In this document: piece by piece, positions 20,203 through 29,103 of the stretch | Layout: each line of letters opens with the position of its first letter | How positions within the stretch are numbered: the first letter of the stretch is position 1 | From: Tagaea sp. CACIAM 22H2 | GTDB taxonomy: Bacteria > Pseudomonadota > Alphaproteobacteria > CACIAM-22H2 | Reading direction: 5' to 3' | Assembly (NCBI GenBank): GCA_014444615.1 | Contig: PVXE01000012.1 | Span: forward strand, 7,051-71,050 | Length of the DNA stretch: 64,000 nucleotides | Notes under the pieces: model-generated | Told to the model about the DNA's origin: nothing | Databases searched by the model: none | Seen by the model: only the letters and a program-made list of their open reading frames with translations | Program-made: the position numbers and the translations under genes

Positions 20203-21640
20203 ATTCGGCGCGCGTGCGCGCGGCGAAACGGTCGATCGCCTTCAACGCGCCGATCAGCCGCGCGCGTTTGCGTTTGTCCAGCTCGTCGGGCCGCACGTAA
20301 TTGTCGGGCGCCTTGCCATTGTCGATATCGGTCAACTGACCGCGCAACAGCACGAACGTGACCGCGTCGAAGGCGTCGGCCAGCTCGCCGCCCTCGTCGT
20401 CCTTCACCACGCCCAGCGCGCGCAACGCGGTCAGCCGCTCGCGCGTGCCCGTCGCTTCCACGCCCTGCGCCAGCGCCCAGAACCGCGCGGAGGCGACCAG
20501 CGGCATCGTGCCGTGCAGCTTCAAATCGATCTCGCCCGCATGCTCGCCCGCCCCCGTGGTCTTAAGGCCGCCGAACAGCCCGATCGCCACGTCCAAACGC
20601 CGGTCGCCCGACAGCAGCGCATGCAGAAAGCCGCGGTCGCGCTTCAGCGTTTCGGCGACCATCGCACGCAATTCCAGCGCCGGGGCCGGATCGCCCCAGG
20701 CGGGTGCGAAATCGAAAAAGATATCGGCATAGAGCAGCGCCACGGGCGAACGGCGGCGCAGCCATAGCGCGATCTGGTCGCGCCATTGCGTGCGCGTTTT
20801 GCGCCATAGCGGATTGGTCGCCATGACGTTGCCCTTGCATAGCTCGAACCCCGCCTTGTCGAGCGACGCGGTGAAACGCGTCGCGACGTCGACGAACCAC
20901 GCGTCGATCGCGTTATGCGCGTCGTCGGGATAGTCGTCGATCAGGAAGCCGTTGTCCTGATCGGGCGACAGGAAGCTTTCGCCGCGCCCGCCCGAGCCCA
21001 TGATCAGCAGCGTGAAGGGCACGGGCGGCGGTGCGCCCGCGCGCGCGATCGCGGCGTCGAGCAGATCGCGATGGATGTCGCGGTTGATCTCGCTGATCGC
21101 GCGTTGGATGTCGGGGGCGGGCAAACCGTCGTCGAGCAAGGCGCGCGCGAACGCGGCCTGCGCGCGCTTGGCGGCGATGTGGTCGTCGAGCCCGTGGCCC
21201 AAACGGCCGAGCACGTCGAGTTCGGCCAAGAGACGCGCCGACACGGCGGCGAGCGCGTCGGCCCGGCCGATCACGCCCAGCGGCGCGCCCTGCGCATCGA
21301 CCACGGGCACATGGCGGAAACCGCGCCGGCGCAGTGTCGCGACCACGCGATAAAGCGGCTCGTCCGGCGGTGCCGTTTCGGGATTGGGCGTCATCGCCGT
21401 GGCGAGCGGCGTGGCCGGGTCCATTTTGAAGGCGATGCGCGTCACCGCGTCGCGCTCGGTCAGCAGGCCGACCAAGCGCCCCGCACCGTCCACCGCCAAT
21501 GCGATCGACGATCCGCTTTCCGCCATCGCGCCGATCGCCGCGCGCACCGGTGCGCTCGCGGGCAGGATCGGCACGTCGCGCAGCGCGTCGCGCGCCGGGC
21601 GAAGGAAGAGATCGACGGCAATTGAGTAACGCGTCGTCAT
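20183..21640 (-). CDS. CBS-pair plus DUF294 nucleotidyltransferase-like protein
   Basis: CBS motifs LVGLLTERD and FRHVPVVD; MGSGGRGESFLSPDQDN, LCKGNVMATNPLW, DIFFDF, IDLKLHG. Confidence 0.9.
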   Translation of the reverse strand: MTTRYSIAVDLFLRPARDALRDVPILPASAPVRAAIGAMAESGSSIALAVDGAGRLVGLLTERDAVTRIAFKMDPATPLATAMTPNPETAPPDEPLYRVVATLRRRGFRHVPVVDAQGAPLGVIGRADALAAVSARLLAELDVLGRLGHGLDDHIAAKRAQAAFARALLDDGLPAPDIQRAISEINRDIHRDLLDAAIARAGAPPPVPFTLLIMGSGGRGESFLSPDQDNGFLIDDYPDDAHNAIDAWFVDVATRFTASLDKAGFELCKGNVMATNPLWRKTRTQWRDQIALWLRRRSPVALLYADIFFDFAPAWGDPAPALELRAMVAETLKRDRGFLHALLSGDRRLDVAIGLFGGLKTTGAGEHAGEIDLKLHGTMPLVASARFWALAQGVEATGTRERLTALRALGVVKDDEGGELADAFDAVTFVLLRGQLTDIDNGKAPDNYVRPDELDKRKRARLIGALKAIDRFAARTRAEFTGRLI

Positions 21641-21714
21641 CGCCCGCTGTTCCGCATTCCAGAATTAAACGAGTTTCATTCGTATTTTTCTGTGTTTTAC
21701 ACAACGCCGCCGTA

Positions 21715-21736
21715 TTACCTGTGTCACGGAAGGTAA
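21715..21736. promoter_or_regulatory. Inverted repeat TTACCT-N10-AGGTAA in the divergent DUF294/MFS promoter region
   Basis: Perfect 6-bp inverted repeat in an AT-richer intergenic region; regulator unknown. Confidence 0.35.
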
Positions 21737-21853
21737 CATAGTGACGGCGCAGCGCATTTTGGGTTCAGCCACAAAGCAAGGCAAGACCCCGGTTGTTCGT
21801 CGCGATCGGAAATCAAAGCGGCATCAAACAAGCTTTTGGGAGGGCTTTTGACG

Positions 21854-23572
21854 ATGGCTGACACGATGGCAGAGAGCGCCCGCTCTCGCCCGATGACGCA
21901 GGAAGAGAAGCGAGTCATTCTTGCGTCGTCCGCGGGTACCGTTTTCGAGTGGTACGACTTCTATCTCTACGGTTCGCTGGCGGCGATCATCGGCGCGCAG
22001 TTCTTTTCGTCCTTCCCGGAAGCGACGCGCAACGTCTTCGCGCTGCTGGCCTTCGCGGCGGGCTTCCTGGTGCGCCCCTTCGGCGCGCTGGTGTTCGGCC
22101 GCTTGGGCGACATGGTCGGCCGTAAATACACCTTCTTGATGACCATCCTGATCATGGGCACGTCGACCTTCCTGGTCGGCTGCTTGCCCGGCTACGAGAC
22201 GATCGGTTGGGCCGCCCCCATCGCGCTGATCGCGCTGCGCATGGCCCAGGGTCTGGCGCTGGGCGGCGAATACGGCGGCGCCGTGGTTTACGTCGCCGAG
22301 CATGCGCCGCACGGGCGCCGCGGCTTCTACACCAGCTGGATTCAAACGACCGCCACGCTGGGCCTGCTGCTGTCGCTGATGGTCATTCTTCTCGTCCGCA
22401 GCTACATGGGCGAGCAGGCTTTCGCGGCATGGGGCTGGCGCATCCCGTTCCTGATCTCGATCTTCCTGCTGGCGATCTCGGTCTATATCCGCTTGCAGAT
22501 GGAAGAAAGCCCGGCCTTCAAGAAGATGAAGGAAGAAGGCACGCATTCGAAGGCGCCGCTGTCCGAAGCTTTCGGCCAGTGGAAGAACGCCAAGTTCGCG
22601 CTGCTTGCCCTGCTCGGCCTCACCGCCGGTCAGGCCGTGGTCTGGTACACGGGCCAATTCTACGCGCTGTTCTTCCTGCAGAGCATTCTGCGCATCGACG
22701 CGTGGACCGCCAACGTGCTGATCGCGTGGTCGCTGATTCTGGGGACGGGCGGCTTCATCGTGTTCGGCGCGCTGTCGGACCGCATCGGCCGCAAGGTGAT
22801 CATCCTGGCCGGCTGCGCCTTGGCGATCGTCACGTATTTCCCGGTGTTCAAGGCGATCACCGAATACGCGAACCCGATGCTGCACAAGGCGCAACAGGAA
22901 GTCAGCGTCGTGATCAAGGCGGATCCGGCGGATTGCTCGTTCCAGTTCAATCCGACGGGCACGTCGAAATTCACCAGCTCGTGCGACAACGCCAAGGCGC
23001 TGCTCGCGCGCGGATCGGTGAACTACAAAAACGAACCGGCCCCGGCGGGCTCGGCCGCGAAGATCGCGATCGGCGACGTCGAAATCGAATCCTACGACAC
23101 GACGAAACTGTCGGGCGACGCCGTGCGCGCCGTCCCGGCGGCGTTCACCGCGGCCGTCAACGGGGCGCTGGGCAAGGCCGGCTACCCGATGCCGGGCGTG
23201 GCCAACCCCGACATCGTGAAGCTCAGCGGCTTCTTCGACGCGCTGTCGGGCAAGGCGTTCGTGCTGGTGCTGCTGCTGACCTATCTCGTGATCCTGGTCA
23301 CGATGGTCTATGGGCCCATCGCGGCGGCGCTGGTGGAATTGTTCCCCACCCGCATCCGCTATACCGGCATGTCGCTGCCCTATCACATCGGCAATGGCTG
23401 GTTCGGCGGTCTGCTGCCGGCCACGTCCTTCGCGATGATCGCGCAGACGGGCGATGTCTATTACGGCCTGTGGTACCCGATCATCATCGCGGGCATGACC
23501 TTAATCATCGGCACGCTGTTTGTGCCCGAGAACAAGGACAAGGACATCTTCACGAAGGAATCGTCGGGCTGA
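21854..23572 (+). CDS. MFS transporter, MHS (metabolite:H+ symporter) family
   Basis: GTVFEWYDF, FLVRPFGALVFGRLGD, GGEYGGA, WGWRIPF, ELFPTRIRY; large loop insert with two Cys. Confidence 0.92.
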   Translation: MADTMAESARSRPMTQEEKRVILASSAGTVFEWYDFYLYGSLAAIIGAQFFSSFPEATRNVFALLAFAAGFLVRPFGALVFGRLGDMVGRKYTFLMTILIMGTSTFLVGCLPGYETIGWAAPIALIALRMAQGLALGGEYGGAVVYVAEHAPHGRRGFYTSWIQTTATLGLLLSLMVILLVRSYMGEQAFAAWGWRIPFLISIFLLAISVYIRLQMEESPAFKKMKEEGTHSKAPLSEAFGQWKNAKFALLALLGLTAGQAVVWYTGQFYALFFLQSILRIDAWTANVLIAWSLILGTGGFIVFGALSDRIGRKVIILAGCALAIVTYFPVFKAITEYANPMLHKAQQEVSVVIKADPADCSFQFNPTGTSKFTSSCDNAKALLARGSVNYKNEPAPAGSAAKIAIGDVEIESYDTTKLSGDAVRAVPAAFTAAVNGALGKAGYPMPGVANPDIVKLSGFFDALSGKAFVLVLLLTYLVILVTMVYGPIAAALVELFPTRIRYTGMSLPYHIGNGWFGGLLPATSFAMIAQTGDVYYGLWYPIIIAGMTLIIGTLFVPENKDKDIFTKESSG

Positions 23573-23598
23573 GTTCGACCTCCACCCGGCTAACCTGG

Positions 23599-23635
23599 GG
23601 GCCGCTTCGTTCACCCGAAGCGGCCCTTTTCTTTT
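23599..23635 (+). terminator. Intrinsic terminator after MFS gene
   Basis: GGGCCGCTTCG-TTCACC-CGAAGCGGCCC followed by TTTTCTTTT. Confidence 0.85.
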
Positions 23636-24279
23636 CAAACCGCGCGCATTTCCAATTCGCGATCGACCGGCGCGCCCTCGAGCAACGCCATCGCCGCCGC
23701 TTCCGCCGGAACGCGTTTGCGCAAGCGGTCGTAATAGGCGATCAATCCGAAATCGAAGGCGTTGCGGACCACTTTGTGATCCTCCGCCTTGTTCTTGCTG
23801 TAGACCGGCAGCAACTCGAATACCCGCTTGGCGGTCGGCTTGGCCAATTTGATGGGTTCGAGCGGCCCTTCGATCGCCTCGAGTCGCATTTTGCACTCGG
23901 CCAAGAGATCGCCCCAGCCATCCGGGCGATGCTCCGGCGAGGGGTATTCACGTAGTGCGGCCGCATAGACCTCGCCCATCCGAGCGGCCAGGATTTCGCG
24001 GTTCGCGCGGCCGGCCGGGGTCTCGACCATCCGCCCCAAGGCGAGTGCGGTCATATCCATGCCGAGCAGGCCGAAGGCTTCCCACCGGCATTTGGCATAG
24101 ACGGTCACAAACCCTTGATTCGCAAAGTAATGCTGTCCGAACCAAGCGAGGGTATTGCGCGAGAACTCGTAGACCGCGCGCTGCGTCAGATACGACGCTT
24201 CGCCGCTGACGAAGCGTCGCAATTCCGAGGGGTCGACGACCGGCAAAGGGCGGAATCGTCTAATCAAAGCGGTCAACAT
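23635..24279 (-). CDS. Hypothetical protein (214 aa)
   Basis: Clean ATG-started ORF filling the gap; protein-like composition; no motif recognised. Confidence 0.7.
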   Translation of the reverse strand: MLTALIRRFRPLPVVDPSELRRFVSGEASYLTQRAVYEFSRNTLAWFGQHYFANQGFVTVYAKCRWEAFGLLGMDMTALALGRMVETPAGRANREILAARMGEVYAAALREYPSPEHRPDGWGDLLAECKMRLEAIEGPLEPIKLAKPTAKRVFELLPVYSKNKAEDHKVVRNAFDFGLIAYYDRLRKRVPAEAAAMALLEGAPVDRELEMRAV

Positions 24280-24504
24280 GGGCGTCCGTCCGTTTGCGGT
24301 AATGAGATATTTCCCCCGGAAATTACCATCCAGGTTGTGCGTTTGCCGAGCCTCATGCTATCAGGGTCCCCAATGGCGCCGGTAGTGCGTCAAACGACAG
24401 GTCTGGACTCGCTCTCTCAGTCTTCCATTTCGGACGATCGATCCAAGTGCCGCGCAAGCGGTATCGGGAGCGGCTGAACCGGACCTAATACGATGTGCCA
24501 TCCA

Positions 24505-24535
24505 TTGACACATTCGGCGGCCGGCGGCGTATGCC
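24505..24535 (+). promoter_or_regulatory. Putative sigma70 promoter for the DUF4212-SSS operon
   Basis: Perfect TTGACA at 24505-24510 with a weak GCGTATG -10-like element ~17 bp downstream; GGAGAGG RBS before ATG 24561. Confidence 0.4.
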
Positions 24536-24560
24536 CAACGGTTCGCCTCGGAGAGGTCGA

Positions 24561-24827
24561 ATGAGCAAAAAACTATCCCAAGAGGAAATGCAGGCCTACT
24601 GGGGCAAGACGTCCAAACTGATGTGGACGATTTTGGCCCTGTGGTTCTTTTTCAGCTTCGTCGTCCACTTTTTCGCGCTCTCGCTGAACGAGATCCGCGT
24701 TCTGGGCTTCCCGCTCGGCTTCTATATGGCCGCGCAAGGGTCGCTGATCGCGTTCGTCGTCCTTTGCTTCTGGAACGCTTCGGCCCAGAACAAGATCGAC
24801 GAAGAGTTCGGCGTGTCGGACGAGTAA
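24561..24827 (+). CDS. DUF4212 small membrane subunit of solute symporter
   Basis: AYWGKT...LGFPLGFYMAAQGSLIAFV; two TM helices; directly upstream of the SSS gene. Confidence 0.9.
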   Translation: MSKKLSQEEMQAYWGKTSKLMWTILALWFFFSFVVHFFALSLNEIRVLGFPLGFYMAAQGSLIAFVVLCFWNASAQNKIDEEFGVSDE

Positions 24828-24843
24828 GGCAAGGAGAATAAAA

Positions 24844-26748
24844 ATGGCCGGCGCCGCCGCAAACAGCAGCTTCCTCCAGAACCTCGGCAAGATCTACGCG
24901 ATCTATACCGGGTCGTTCGCGGGTTTCGTGATCTTCCTCGGCATTCTCGAATTCTTCGGGGTGCCCGACAAGATCCTCGGATACCTGTTCATCTTCCTCA
25001 CGATCGGCGTCTACGCGCTGATCGGCATTCTGTCGCGCACGGCGGAAGTGTCGGAATACTACGTCGCGGGCCGCTCGGTTCCGGCGCTGTATAACGGCAT
25101 GGCCACGGGTGCCGACTGGATGTCCGCCGCCTCGTTCATCGGCATGGCGGGTTCGCTCTATTTCGGCGGCTACGACGGCTTGGCCTTCGTGCTCGGCTGG
25201 ACGGGCGGCTACGTGCTGGTGTCCATCCTGATGGCGCCGTATCTGCGCAAGTTCGGGCAGTTCACGGTTCCCGATTTCTGCGGGGCCCGCTACGGCGGCA
25301 ACGCGGCGCGCACGCTCGCCGTGATCATCCTGATCTCCGCGTCGTTCGTTTACGTCGTCGCGCAGATCGTGGGCGTGGGCATCATCACCTCGCGCTTCCT
25401 GGGCTTGGACTTCAAGGTCGCCTGCTTCGTGGGCCTCATCGGCATTCTCGTGTGCTCGATGCTCGGCGGCATGAAGGCGGTGACCTGGACCCAGGTCGCC
25501 CAGTACATCATCCTGATCATCGCGTACCTGATCCCGGTCGTCATTATGTCGGCCCAGGTCACGGGCGTGCCGATCCCGCAGCTGATGTACGGTCAGGCGC
25601 TCGAGAAGATCGCCGCGCTGGAAACGACGCTGGGCGTCGCCAAGGGCCATGTCGCGGCCTTCGCCGACGCGCGCGGCAACTTCAACATGACCTCGGCGAT
25701 CAACTTCTTCGCCTTGATCCTGTGCTTGATGGTCGGCACCGCGTCGTTGCCGCACATCCTGATGCGCTACTTCACCACGCCGTCGGTCCGTCAGGCCCGC
25801 GACTCGGTGGGCTGGTCGCTGTTCTTCATCTTCCTGCTGTACTTCACGGCGCCGGCCTATGCGGCCTTCGCCAAGCTGGAGGTGTATCAGAACATCATCG
25901 GTCAGCCGATCACGGCCCTGCCGACCTGGATCGCTTCGTGGGGCAAGCCGGGGCTCGCCCTGGTCGGCGCCTGCGACGCGGCCAACGCGGCGGAGATCTT
26001 CCCGATCTGCCGCGGCGTCACCGGCAACGGCGACGGCATCCTGCAGCTCTCCGAGTTCCGCATCCATCCGGACGCGATCGTGTTGGCGACCCCCGAAATC
26101 GCGGGTCTGCCCTACGTGGTCGCGGGCTTGGTGGCCGCGGGCGGTCTGGCGGCGGCGCTGTCCACCGCCGACGGTCTGCTGCTGGCGATCGCCAACGCGC
26201 TGTCGCACGACATCTACTACAAGATGATCGACCCCAACGCCGACACGAAGCGCCGTCTGGTCATCAGCCGCGTGCTTCTGTCCATCGTGGCGGTGCTCGC
26301 GGCCTACGTCTCGGGCACGCTGGGTGCGGACATCCTGTTCCTGGTGTCGTGGGCCTTCTCCATCGCGGCGTCGGGGCTGTTCGCGGCCCTCGTGCTCGGC
26401 ATCTGGTGGAAGCGGGCGGGCGACGCGTCGGGCGTGGCCAGCATGCTGGTCGGCTACGGCGTGTGCATGTTCTTCCTGATCACCACGGAGTTCTACGGGC
26501 CGGCCATGAAGGCCGCACTCGGCGACATCGTGACGATCGTGAACATCCGCGGGCGCCAGGTCGCGTATCTCTGGGGCATCAACAACATCTCGGTCGGCAT
26601 CTTCGGCATCCCGGCGGCGTTCCTCGCCCAATGGGTCGTGCAGAAGTTCACCGCCGAGGCGAGCCCCGAGATGCAGGACTTCATCGACTCGATCCGCGTT
26701 CCGGCCGGCGACGTCAGACTCGCCCCCGGCATGTCGGCGAAGGACTAA
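24844..26748 (+). CDS. Sodium:solute symporter, ActP/VC_2705-like (probable monocarboxylate uptake)
   Basis: YYVAGRSVP, GMATGADWMSAASF, LGGMKAVTWTQV, LPHILMRYFT, AAALSTADGLL. Confidence 0.92.
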   Translation: MAGAAANSSFLQNLGKIYAIYTGSFAGFVIFLGILEFFGVPDKILGYLFIFLTIGVYALIGILSRTAEVSEYYVAGRSVPALYNGMATGADWMSAASFIGMAGSLYFGGYDGLAFVLGWTGGYVLVSILMAPYLRKFGQFTVPDFCGARYGGNAARTLAVIILISASFVYVVAQIVGVGIITSRFLGLDFKVACFVGLIGILVCSMLGGMKAVTWTQVAQYIILIIAYLIPVVIMSAQVTGVPIPQLMYGQALEKIAALETTLGVAKGHVAAFADARGNFNMTSAINFFALILCLMVGTASLPHILMRYFTTPSVRQARDSVGWSLFFIFLLYFTAPAYAAFAKLEVYQNIIGQPITALPTWIASWGKPGLALVGACDAANAAEIFPICRGVTGNGDGILQLSEFRIHPDAIVLATPEIAGLPYVVAGLVAAGGLAAALSTADGLLLAIANALSHDIYYKMIDPNADTKRRLVISRVLLSIVAVLAAYVSGTLGADILFLVSWAFSIAASGLFAALVLGIWWKRAGDASGVASMLVGYGVCMFFLITTEFYGPAMKAALGDIVTIVNIRGRQVAYLWGINNISVGIFGIPAAFLAQWVVQKFTAEASPEMQDFIDSIRVPAGDVRLAPGMSAKD

Positions 26749-26786
26749 CAACCAAGCCGCCCCGGCGACGGGGCGGATCTTCCTGG

Positions 26787-26817
26787 GGCGGGGTCTTCGG
26801 ACCCCGCCTTTTTCTTT
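26787..26817 (+). terminator. Intrinsic terminator with UUCG tetraloop
   Basis: GGCGGGGTC-TTCG-GACCCCGCC followed by TTTTTCTTT. Confidence 0.88.
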
Positions 26818-26873
26818 GGGCCGCGCTTGTTTGAATGGACAAGCGCGCCAAGCTGCGGCATTCACGGGACACG

Positions 26874-27194
26874 ATGAGCGACGTCGGTTTCTTCCTCGAT
26901 TATCCGGTTTTCTGGATCGTCAATTACGGTTTGGCGATCGTCATCTGGTCGTGCGTCGGCCGGTTCCTGCTCGCGTTCTTCGTGCCGTCGCTGCAGCCCA
27001 CGAATTACATCTGGCGCGCCTTCGTGGCGCTGACGGAATGGGCGCTGATCGCGACGCGCTACATCACGCCCGGCTTCGTGCGGCCCTTCATGCTGCCGCC
27101 GATCGCGGCGTTCTGGCTGTTCCATGTCCGCGTCGTGGCGTTCCTGGTCATGTGGCGCTGGGGCCTGGTGCCGCCCGTCGCGGCAGGGGGCTGA
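26874..27194 (+). CDS. Small membrane protein, YggT-like
   Basis: Hydrophobic; NYIWRAFVALTEWAL...RYITP resembles the YggT loop motif. Confidence 0.6.
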   Translation: MSDVGFFLDYPVFWIVNYGLAIVIWSCVGRFLLAFFVPSLQPTNYIWRAFVALTEWALIATRYITPGFVRPFMLPPIAAFWLFHVRVVAFLVMWRWGLVPPVAAGG

Positions 27195-27203
27195 GCCCAC
27201 GCC

Positions 27204-27527
27204 ATGGAACGCCATCAGATTTTCGCGCTGGTTTTGGGCCTGTCGGCCGTCAACGGCATGTTCTCGCCCTATCTCGACCTGACGATCGCGCTCGCCCCGA
27301 TCTGGGTCCCGTCCTGGCTGCCGGGCAGCCCGTCGCTGCTGTTCTACGCGGCGTCGATGCTGACCGCGACGACCACGCTGCTGCTGTCGGGCGTGCCGGC
27401 CGGATTGGCCGAAGGCGCCATGCCGCGTTTGCGCAATTCCAACATATCGCTGTGGATCTGGGCCGGAGCGGCCTTCGTGCTGACCGTTCCGGGAATACTG
27501 CGGCTGGTCTATCTCGTCGCCGCCTGA
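27204..27527 (+). CDS. Hypothetical small membrane protein
   Basis: About three hydrophobic segments; starts 9 bp after the previous stop. Confidence 0.65.
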   Translation: MERHQIFALVLGLSAVNGMFSPYLDLTIALAPIWVPSWLPGSPSLLFYAASMLTATTTLLLSGVPAGLAEGAMPRLRNSNISLWIWAGAAFVLTVPGILRLVYLVAA

Positions 27528-27589
27528 CGGCGACGGCCGATAGTGATAGGCTGATCGCTCCTACCCCCCGGCCTTGCGCGAGAAACAAC

Positions 27590-27997
27590 GTGCGGGAGCT
27601 CGAACATATCAGGGCGGCGGCGATGACTTCGGTCGGCCGCGCCTGCCTGTTCTTCTTGCTGGCGGTGACGACCGTAATGGCCGGCCTCACCGCGTGGCCC
27701 TATCTCGCCTTCAAAAGCGGCGCCATTCTGACCACGCTGCTGGCGATGGTGCTGACATTGCGCGCCACGCTGGTGCATCGCCAGGATATCGGCCGCACCG
27801 AAACTTGGTTCATGCTGCGCAAGGCCAACGAGAAGCCCGACGAGCGCGCGCGGCGCGTGATCGCCGGCGTGCTGCGCGACACCTACCGCACGCTGGCGCT
27901 CTACGCGGCGCTGATCGCCGTCGGCTGCTGGATGTTCGCCTTCGCGGCGCTGCTTGTGCTGCCTCAGGCCGTCGTCACGCCGCGCACGCTCGTATAG
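27590..27997 (+). CDS. Hypothetical membrane protein
   Basis: GTG start (MRELEHIR); three hydrophobic segments with a RTETW motif; 3' end overlaps the convergent gene. Confidence 0.6.
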   Translation: MRELEHIRAAAMTSVGRACLFFLLAVTTVMAGLTAWPYLAFKSGAILTTLLAMVLTLRATLVHRQDIGRTETWFMLRKANEKPDERARRVIAGVLRDTYRTLALYAALIAVGCWMFAFAALLVLPQAVVTPRTLV

Positions 27998-28896
27998 ATC
28001 GAATAGAGCGAATGGCTCGCCGCCATGAACAGGCGGGTGTGATACTTGCCGCCGAAGCACAGATTGGCGCAGCGTTCCGGCAGATCGATATGCAGGATCG
28101 GCGTGCCGTCGGGCGCGAAGACGCGCACGCCGTCCAGCCCCTCGCCCATGCCCCAGCCCGCCCAGACATTGCCGCGCTCGTCGCAGCGCCAGCCGTCGGG
28201 CGTGCCCAGTTCGCCGCAATCGGCGAAGGGGCGCTTGTTCGTCAGCTTGTCGCCAACCACGTCGAACACCCAGGTGCGGCGCGGGCGCGACGCGCTCTCG
28301 ACCAGATAGAGATGCTTCTCGTCGGGCGAGAAGCACAGCCCGTTCGGGCCGTCCATGCCGTCGGCGACGACCGTCAGTTTCCCGGTCGCGGGATCGAGGC
28401 GATAGAACGCCATCGGAAGTTCGCTCGGTGCCCGTTCTCCTTCGTAATCCGACAGGATGCCGAAGGCCGGATCGCTGAACCACACCGAGCCGTCCGACTT
28501 CACGACCACGTCGTTGGGCGAGTTCAGGCGCTTGCCCTCGAACTTGTCGGCCAGCACCGTGATCGTGCCGTCATACTCGGTGCGCGTGACGCGGCGGGTG
28601 AAATGTTCGCAGGAAACCAGGCGGCCCTGGCGGTCGCGCGTGTTGCCGTTGGAGAAGTTCGACGGCTTGCGGAATTCCGACACCGCGCCCGTCTCTTCGG
28701 TCCAGCGCAGCATGCGGTTATTGGGGATGTCCGACCAAACCAGATAATGCCCGTCGCCGAACCACACCGGGCCTTCCGACCAGCGCGTGCCGGTGTAAAG
28801 CCGCTCGACGGAGGCGTTCATCGGGATGAGCCCGGCCCCGCGCGGATCGAGCACGCGCACGGCAGGATCGGGATAGCGTTCGGACGGCGTCCACAT
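27964..28896 (-). CDS. SMP-30/gluconolactonase family protein
   Basis: WSEGPVW, WSDIPNNR, SNGNTRD, LNSPNDV, GPNGLCFSPDE, PDGWRCD. Confidence 0.92.
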   Translation of the reverse strand: MWTPSERYPDPAVRVLDPRGAGLIPMNASVERLYTGTRWSEGPVWFGDGHYLVWSDIPNNRMLRWTEETGAVSEFRKPSNFSNGNTRDRQGRLVSCEHFTRRVTRTEYDGTITVLADKFEGKRLNSPNDVVVKSDGSVWFSDPAFGILSDYEGERAPSELPMAFYRLDPATGKLTVVADGMDGPNGLCFSPDEKHLYLVESASRPRRTWVFDVVGDKLTNKRPFADCGELGTPDGWRCDERGNVWAGWGMGEGLDGVRVFAPDGTPILHIDLPERCANLCFGGKYHTRLFMAASHSLYSIYTSVRGVTTA

Positions 28897-28973
28897 GATG
28901 GCGAATTCCCCCAGGATTTTCGTTCGGCTTATTTGGCGCGGGTTGGCCCCCGCGCGCAAGCGTGCCGCTCCGG

Positions 28974-29046
28974 TGGGCCCGGCAGGATTCGAACCTGCGA
29001 CAACACCGTTATGAGCGGCGCGTTCTGACCGCTGAACTACGGGCCC
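28974..29046 (-). tRNA. tRNA with CAT anticodon, most likely tRNA-Ile2 (lysidine-modified)
   Basis: GGGCCCG/CGGGCCC acceptor stem, anticodon loop CT-CAT-AA, T-arm GCAGG-TTCGAAT-CCTGC, discriminator A; paired G1 excludes fMet; located downstream of rpoD; CCA not encoded (reads CCG). Confidence 0.9.
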
Positions 29047-29103
29047 GCCGGAACCGGCGCACCGGTTTAGCCGGTTTGGCGCGCGGCGCCAACCGGCACG
29101 AAA

